From contig DF237039.1 of assembly GCA_000708835.1 (NCBI GenBank), positions 1 to 64,000 of the forward strand: 64,000 nt of DNA, read 5' to 3'. Made by a program: the position numbers and the translations under genes. This stretch comes from Klebsormidium nitens (Eukaryota; Plantae; Klebsormidiophyceae). The notes beneath the pieces were generated by a model. It saw nothing but the letters and a program-made list of their open reading frames with translations, was not told the DNA's origin and ran no database searches. Below are positions 51,690 to 64,000 of the stretch, in pieces (the first letter of the stretch is position 1; each line of letters begins with the position of its first letter).

Positions 51690-54600
51690 CTACTCTTGCA
51701 GGCGCCAGCTGGCAGCCTGCAAGCTCGTCTGCAAGTCCGCGATCTCTCTATCCAACGCCGCCATCCCTTTCTGCAGCTCTTCTGATCCTGCCGCTGCGGC
51801 GGCCCCCTTCCAAACCCCAGTATCGGACTCGCTTTCTCGTCTACCTAACTCACCGTTTTCGCCCATTAACCCACCGTCGTTTTGTAGCGTAACCCCTTCG
51901 TTTCGGTCTCGATCGCCCACTACTTTGTTACTTATTGGCTGCGCATATGCAGCCGCTGTTGCCTCTAACCCCCGGCTCGGCCACTGCCCGGCCGGCAGCG
52001 ACTGACTGACCGGGGAAACGCCTGAACGATTCCCCGCTTTTAGGGAACCGCCGTTAATCTTTCCTAACAGATCTCGTTCACTTTCCGTTTCTGTCAGCAG
52101 AAGGTCGTCCAGCAACCCCTCGGCGAGAATACCCCCGTTCGGCTTCCCGGAGGAGGCCTTCGCTTCACTAAGCCGATTATTCACACCGTTCCACTCCTCT
52201 GGTTTAGAAGAAACCCCCACACTACTGGGCCCTAAACCATGGCCTTTTCTCAACCCTCCCGCTTCCGGAGGAAGGCTGTCCCCGTCCCTTCCTTCAATGA
52301 CAGGGCCCCCAATTTTGTGAAAGTCCGTATGCCCAAACCCGCTCGGCATCACCCCCGCTGGCAGTAAACCGTTGCCCTCGTTATTGCGATTCTCTGTGCC
52401 TAACCCACCCTTAACCCCAACCGCTCTGTACCCGTCTACCTCCACTTCATTACCCTCTCTTCTTAAGCCACGCTCGAAACCCGGATTGGGAGCGCTCCCG
52501 TCATACCCGCCCGGCCTTGCCCCCTGCTCGTCTCGTCTTAACCCGTGCTGATGGCTCGGGTTAGGCACGCTCGCATAACCCTCGTCTCGACCCGTTTTCC
52601 TGTCTCCCCTCCTGCGACTTCTGTGATATCGATGCCGTTCCCTACCCTTTCCCGCAAACTCCGACGAGCGCTCCCCACTCGAAGTCCAGTCCAAACCCGC
52701 CCCTAACCCGTTCTCGAACCCGTTTCCCGCCTGCCCGTTCCCGTTAACCGCGTGCTCATTTAACCAGGTTTGGCTCCGCCCCAAAGTTTCGTGTACAGCA
52801 GACGCTGTGGCTGGCCGGGGGGAGGTGGTTTCCAGCGTTGAATGTTGGGGGGGGAAGAAGAAGATCTTCGGACGCTTGGACACAATCTCAAGCGCGAACT
52901 GGGCGTCCGCGCGCTGGTCCGCAATGAGCGCGCGGAGGTCCCGGATCGTCCGACTGTGCTGCTTGCAACGCTGCTCGAGTTCGCCCGACCGAACCTGCGG
53001 TCAGAAGAGCTGGTTTCAGGCAGCAGTACAGACTCTTTAGGTGATGTCATTTCCGTGAGTTCGGCCCCCTGCGGCAAGTTTGAAGTCTTACTGATGGTGG
53101 TAGAACGGCCCACCATAAGTTCGAGACAGTTGTCGATCACGAAAAAAAGACGCTTGTGCCATCAGCCGATACAAATCTAACTGTGGGACCTAGTCAATTG
53201 AAGGCTCTTCCCATGAGACTTCAGGCCGATCACGCTAGCAAAAATTACATGTCGCATATTGTTCGAAGTAACGTCGTGCGAAGACACAGCGCGTCTCACC
53301 AGCAGCGCTTCCCTCTCTTTCGTCCACCGCTCTGCGTCCGCCTCCAACCGCGCCAGCCGTTTCCGCAGGACTTGCAGGTCCGCCTCTAGTTGCTGCCGGG
53401 CTGCAGCCGCCTCACTCAGCGCGCGCGCGCTCTGGAGGGCCTCCCTCTGCTGCTCCACTTCCTGGGCGCTGGAACTGTACGAAAGAAAAACACCATTTCT
53501 CGATTTGACGTCGGCGATAAAGTCGCACTTTCGAAGGAGACTTTGACGTAAGACTGCGCCCCCAAGTCTGTGAACCTCTTTTCGCACTTTTTCCCAAGCA
53601 TCACTGTCCCCAAATCGTTTTTGGAGTCAACTCCCATCAATTGACATCAGCGATGAAGCCACCATTTTTGAACGAGACTTTGACGGAAGACTGCGTCCCC
53701 GAGTTGTAAACCCCATTTTCGCTCTTTCTCCCCAGCATTACTGTCACCAAGTCGATAAAGAAAACAAATCCAAAGCAACCGGTTCCGTACAAAGCAGGGC
53801 ACGTAGAGCATCCAACGCAAAACCCCACCTTTTCCGCAGTCTCTTCTGCAGGCCTTCCGCTTCTTCCGAAATACTGTATATTGTATCACTGACACCAATC
53901 TAGGAAAATCACATCCAAACCAAGAACAACCGTACTGATATATAGAATGCAGTGTAACGAACACCTGCGGACCCTCACCTTTCTCGCAGCGCCTTTTGCA
54001 GGCCTTCCACTCGTTCCCGAGGTACGTCATGTGAACAACACTGATTCAGAATGACACACCCAAACGAACCGAATCGTAACAAAAGAAGCCGAGCAGAGCA
54101 GAATCCCTGCCGATCTTCACCTTTCACGCAGCGCCTTTTGCAGGCCTTCCACTCGTTTCCGAGATCACCGTACGTTACGTTGCTTAAAAAACACTGATTC
54201 AGAAAGACACACCCAAACGAACGAAATCGTGACAAAAGAAGCCGAGCGGACGAGAAACGCCTGCGGATCTTTACCGTTCCCGTAGCACCTTTTGCGCGCT
54301 TTCCACTTCTTCCCGAGATCACCGTACGTCGTAATCAGGATGACACCCACAGACCAACCAGACGGTTAAAAGAGAGCAGAAATGCCTGCGGCTCCCCGCC
54401 TATTCCACAGCGCCTTTTGCAGGATTTCCAATTCTTTCCCGAATCTCCGTGTGACGTAATCAGGATGTCACACCCAAATAAACCAGATTGTCACAAAACA
54501 AGCCGAGCCGAGGAACCAACGCCTGCGGCTCTTCACGTTTCCCGCAGCACCTTTTGCGCGCTTTCCACTCGTTCTCGAGATCACCGTACGTCAATGAACA

Positions 54601-57600
54601 ACATTGACTCAGAGTGACACACCCAAACGTACCAAATTGTGACAGAAGAAACCGAGCGGACGAGAAACGCCTGCGATCCCCACCGGTCCCGCAGCGCCTT
54701 TTGTGCGCTTTCCACTCCCTCTCGAAATCATCATACGTTGTAATCAGGATGACACACCCAAACCAACTAGATTGTGTGAAACAAGCCGCCGAGAGCAAAA
54801 ATGCCTGCGGATCTTCACCTTTCTCGCAGCGCCTTTTGCGCGCTCTCCACTTCTTCCCGCAGTGCCGCGCGCTCCTTGGCCCCCTCCGCCAGGCGCTCCC
54901 GCAGGGCCGACGCCTGGGCACGTGCCTTGACCACCGCCATCCGGTACTGCGGGATCAACGCCGCGGCCTTGGCGCCCTCGCCGGTGCGCTCGCGCGCTAG
55001 CTGGCAATGCGGGGTTGGCTGGTTGTCAGTGGAAATAGTTGCTCCTGAGTTGCCTAGTATCTACAACTTAGGCTCGACTTCAATATCATACGGCTTGGGT
55101 GTGCATACATTCTTGCTTCCTAAGACCAAGAATTGTCCCTTGACCTTCCTAAGCCAGATTGAGGAGCCTGTTTGGCTGTCAATTCAGCCGCTTTCGCGGG
55201 TAACACCGAGTCGGGGTTCCACAAGAATGATAGTCAGGCAGTGAACAAGCAGAGTCGGGGGGTTTGGCAACGGGGCTTGTCACAACAAGAATTGTAAGGA
55301 ACTAGAAGCAAACAGCAGAAATTCCAGAGACTCGTAGATTGTTCTTTGGTAGCCTAGCTTAGACGTTAACGAGTTGCCCCTCCGAAGACACATTAAGCGC
55401 CCCACATGGAAGTATGTCAAACCAGAACAACTGGTGATGCAAGGCAGGCAAAACAAACCCAGTGCACTGACAGCCGAGAAGATTGTTCGGTTGCTAACCG
55501 AATTTGAGTACCTCACCTCCTCCCGAAGAGAGGTCGCTTCCGCAGAAAGCCTCACTCGTTCGGCCTCAACGGACGACATGCGCTGCTTTAGCACGACCAA
55601 CTCTGCTGCGAGAGCCACGTTGGCAGACTGCTCTTTAAGGGCTAGGGGAGGGGCAGCGGGGGTGGGGGGCTCGCTGGCGGACTGGGGGGGAATGAGGGGA
55701 TGGAGGCCGCCGCCAATCAGACTGCAGGGAGGTTCAGTCGAGTAGAGATAAGAAAGAGCACTTGGATAAATAGAGGGTGTGGCCTGCGGTAGAATGAATG
55801 GTGCATAGTGAGGGTTCAAGATTGGAAAGTTCCTCAGAAAGTTGCTTCAAACATACTTAGCCGTTCAGAATGTGTGCGGACAATCTTGATTGTGACCACC
55901 AGATACGAAGCCATCAGGGTCGTGGATGAAAAGCACGGGAAAACACCGCCACTAGATAAGGGCCCTGATGGCTTTCCTCCGCTGAACTTCTACCACCAAT
56001 CTTGACTGCTGGCAGCTTTTCATACACATCAGTTTGAGCCCCCAAATCTGAAACTACCAGCTCGAAAGTTTGACAATTGTTCCTACATAAAAAAAGAAAG
56101 AGAGACTGATTGCCGGAGCCCAAAGTTCCGAATCACCTGCCAAGAGCCCCCAGCCCATGCACCAGCTCGGCAAACAAGCGCTGGGCCTCTAGCATGTCGC
56201 TACCTGGCACGCTGGCGCGCTGCAGCACCAATCGCTGAAGGCCCTGCAGGGCGGTGAAGAGGCCCTGTAGCTGGGTGTGGCTCTTGGCGGCCCTCTCTGC
56301 GACAGCCTGCTCTACGGCGCCAAGTCCAGCCCTGCAAGGCCTCACACTTGGTTAGCGTATTTAAGTCTATAGTATCTAGTTACCAGCTGGGTACTGACCA
56401 AGATCTAGCGAGTTCTGCCCAGCGGACGTCAGGATGGACCTATTCGGCTGGGGACAACGAAGGAACAAGAAACAAATGACACTACGTGTTGTTTGAGGTC
56501 TGAAGTGTCGATGTTTTAAGGGTGCAGCTGTCTATGGCGTCAAAGAGAAGGGAGTCAGCTTCGGAATGGTTCAATGTGGGGGCATCCAGCTGTACACCCA
56601 TTGAAGACTTCTTCTTTAAAGTTCCAGCTGAAGGTGCAGACTGTCCCAGTGGCAAATTGGGGGCCATGATGCCCCTTAAGCTGCATCCTTGCAGATTACC
56701 CGTTCCGTAGAGTTGCAACATCTCAACTTCCCCACGATCTGAAGAAAGGCATTTTCTTAACTTCTCCCCATTGTGACAGGTGGCGTTTGCCACAATGTGA
56801 CAATCTTGTATCATATGACTCACTAGAGCTTTTCCTAAGATCAATGAGCAGACGCTCCTTCAGCTTACACCACCCCCTTTAAAGTTCAGGCATGAATCAC
56901 CTGAGTGATGCCAGCGCAGCCCTGTTGCGGGTGGCTGACGCAGCGGCCGCCTCGCTGGCAAGTTTAAGCTCCCCTTGAAGCTGCTTGTTCGAGTATCGCA
57001 GCTCACTGATCGCTCGCTCCCCCCATCGGTTCTTCTCCTCATACTCCTTACACCTGTCAGGTAATTAACTATGAGCAGCAGCTGGCAGAGGACCCCAGTC
57101 GACAAAACCCTAATTTTGGCAAACCCTAATGTGGGGCTTCAGGCACAATTAATGTGCTAGCAGGCAGCGCCAATTGGCTCCCAACCAGCCTTTCAATACA
57201 AACATTACCTCACATAAGCAGTAACAGCAGACTTAGTTTGACAAGAAGCACATAAGAACGCAGCTTTTACCATACAAACGAGAGCTACAAGGCACCAGAA
57301 TGGAAGATCACCCATCATATGCTTACTTGTCCACCGCCCTCTGCCGCTTCGCCTCCGAGTCCCTCAGCTCCTTTCTCAGCCTTGCTGCCTCTAACGTGAT
57401 GACCCTGATCCTAGACTCTGCATGCTTTGACTCTTCTGGCACTCCCTTTCTGGTGTCACCCCTCCCAATGCGCCCCTCCTGGGGCGCCGAATCAGGGGGG
57501 CCCATCGCCCCAGAATGCGGCAAGCCCTCAGAATGCGCCCCTTGACTCTGTCCTGTTGGCGGTGCTGACGTCGCATTCTCTTTTGGTTTCTCTTTTACTA

Positions 57601-57625
57601 GCTTGGTATCTTGCAATGCGTCCAT
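51690..57625 (-). CDS. Long coiled-coil protein of unknown family with a Gly-rich disordered C-terminal insertion
   Basis: Exons 57625(?)-57327, 56331-56137, 55721-55517, 55000-54819, 53474-53300 and 52994-51690, phase-consistent. Heptad-like helical segments (EAARLRKELRDSEAKRQRAV; ELVVLKQRMSSVEAERVRL; LEADLQVLRKRLARLEADAERW). The 5' end is uncertain. Confidence 0.7.
53490..53760. repeat. Two ~150-bp diverged direct repeats in the 3' part of the intron
   Basis: gagactttgacgtaagactgcgcccccaag...cccaagcatcactgtccccaaatcg (~53539-53618) vs gagactttgacggaagactgcgtccccgag...cccagcattactgtcaccaagtcg (~53676-53755). Confidence 0.8.
53820..54860 (-). repeat. Intronic tandem array (~135-150 bp period) of 7 degenerate copies of an exon 3' end plus donor site
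   Basis: The core gtgga(a/g)agcgcgcaaaaggcgctgcg(a/g)gaaag|gtgaag (minus strand) recurs near 53830, 53980, 54120, 54275, 54400, 54535 and 54680. The copy at 54812-54860 is the real end of exon 55000-54819 (EEVESAQKALRER). Confidence 0.9.
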
Positions 57626-58351
57626 TAGGCATTGTTGGCTGCTGCTCTTGTGCAAAGAAAGGCATGATCCTTAATAATGAGCGTGCAAAAAAGAGACAGC
57701 TTTTTTTGGATGGATGCGTGTATACCAACAGTAGAGGACTACTTTGTCTGCAGATCCGCACTTGAGCGCGCCATGCGCACCCTACTCTAGCTCAGCTGCT
57801 CCAACCTTCTGCATGGCTGCAGAGAAAGTGTGCCTGTCAGTGTTCACCAGGTGTCCATGTCCACAATTTGAATTTGAATCTTAATTGGTCGACCTCGTAT
57901 ATATCCACGTAGGAAGCGAGCTTATCAGACCCAATTTGCAGTCAAGACTCAAGACTCTAACTTTAAGGAATATGTATTTCAGAATCCTGCGAGGTCAAAT
58001 TCGTTATCTGCAGGACACGCAAGCCTTTTCTAATTCCTGCTGAGAAACGTAGAACTAAAATGAGCGCAAAAATCATCATCGCCCCTCGGATCAGCCCAAG
58101 TTTGAAACGGTTCGTCTTGTGCAAGCAAAATCAGAGGTGAGGCTTGCAACTTGCAAGAGGCTGAGCTCTCCAAATGCTGGAGAGAGGGATGCTGTACAGA
58201 CGTAAAACTTCAGCTGCCTGTCTAGGTGGTAAATTGTGAAGCGGTGTGCAGGACACATGCCTGTTACCTCATGATAGGCGTTTGGAAATTCTCCAATTCT
58301 CGCTGATTGCGTCGAAAATAGCTGCATTGACATTGGTGCAACCTAGGAGAG

Positions 58352-64000
<5,649 letters not shown>

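Noticed and set aside
53820-54860. Possible CRISPR array
   Set aside because: The whole ~140-bp unit is homologous, with no unique spacers. There are no cas genes, the context is eukaryotic, and the unit derives from the adjacent exon junction.
57105-57129. Two AAACCCTAA telo-box motifs
   Set aside because: They lie inside an intron, there are only two short copies, and there is no interstitial telomere tract.

Overview
Eukaryotic, intron-rich DNA of moderate GC content. The gene set (PTOX, At5g52880-like F-box, UTR2/UTR4-type sugar-nucleotide transporter, At2g38695-like membrane protein, GCN5) is green-plant-like, and the intron style suggests a streptophyte alga such as Klebsormidium (inference). 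I built 11 protein-coding gene models, ten of them spliced with phase-consistent GT/GC-AG junctions checked by hand. I found no rRNA, tRNA, CRISPR array or intact transposon. Most interesting: (1) a ~9 kb head-to-head inverted duplication (about 41050-50120) with two 5-exon paralogues of an unrecognised ~396-aa protein. Their exons are nearly free of synonymous differences while intron 1 is barely alignable, amino-acid changes cluster in patches, and one copy lacks the TATA box. (2) Two independent intronic tandem arrays made of degenerate copies of a neighbouring exon-intron junction (PTOX intron, and the coiled-coil gene intron). (3) A 955-aa secreted, possibly GPI-anchored protein, and an intronless ORF with four phage-like zinc-ribbon repeats. 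All family assignments come from remembered motifs, not database searches.
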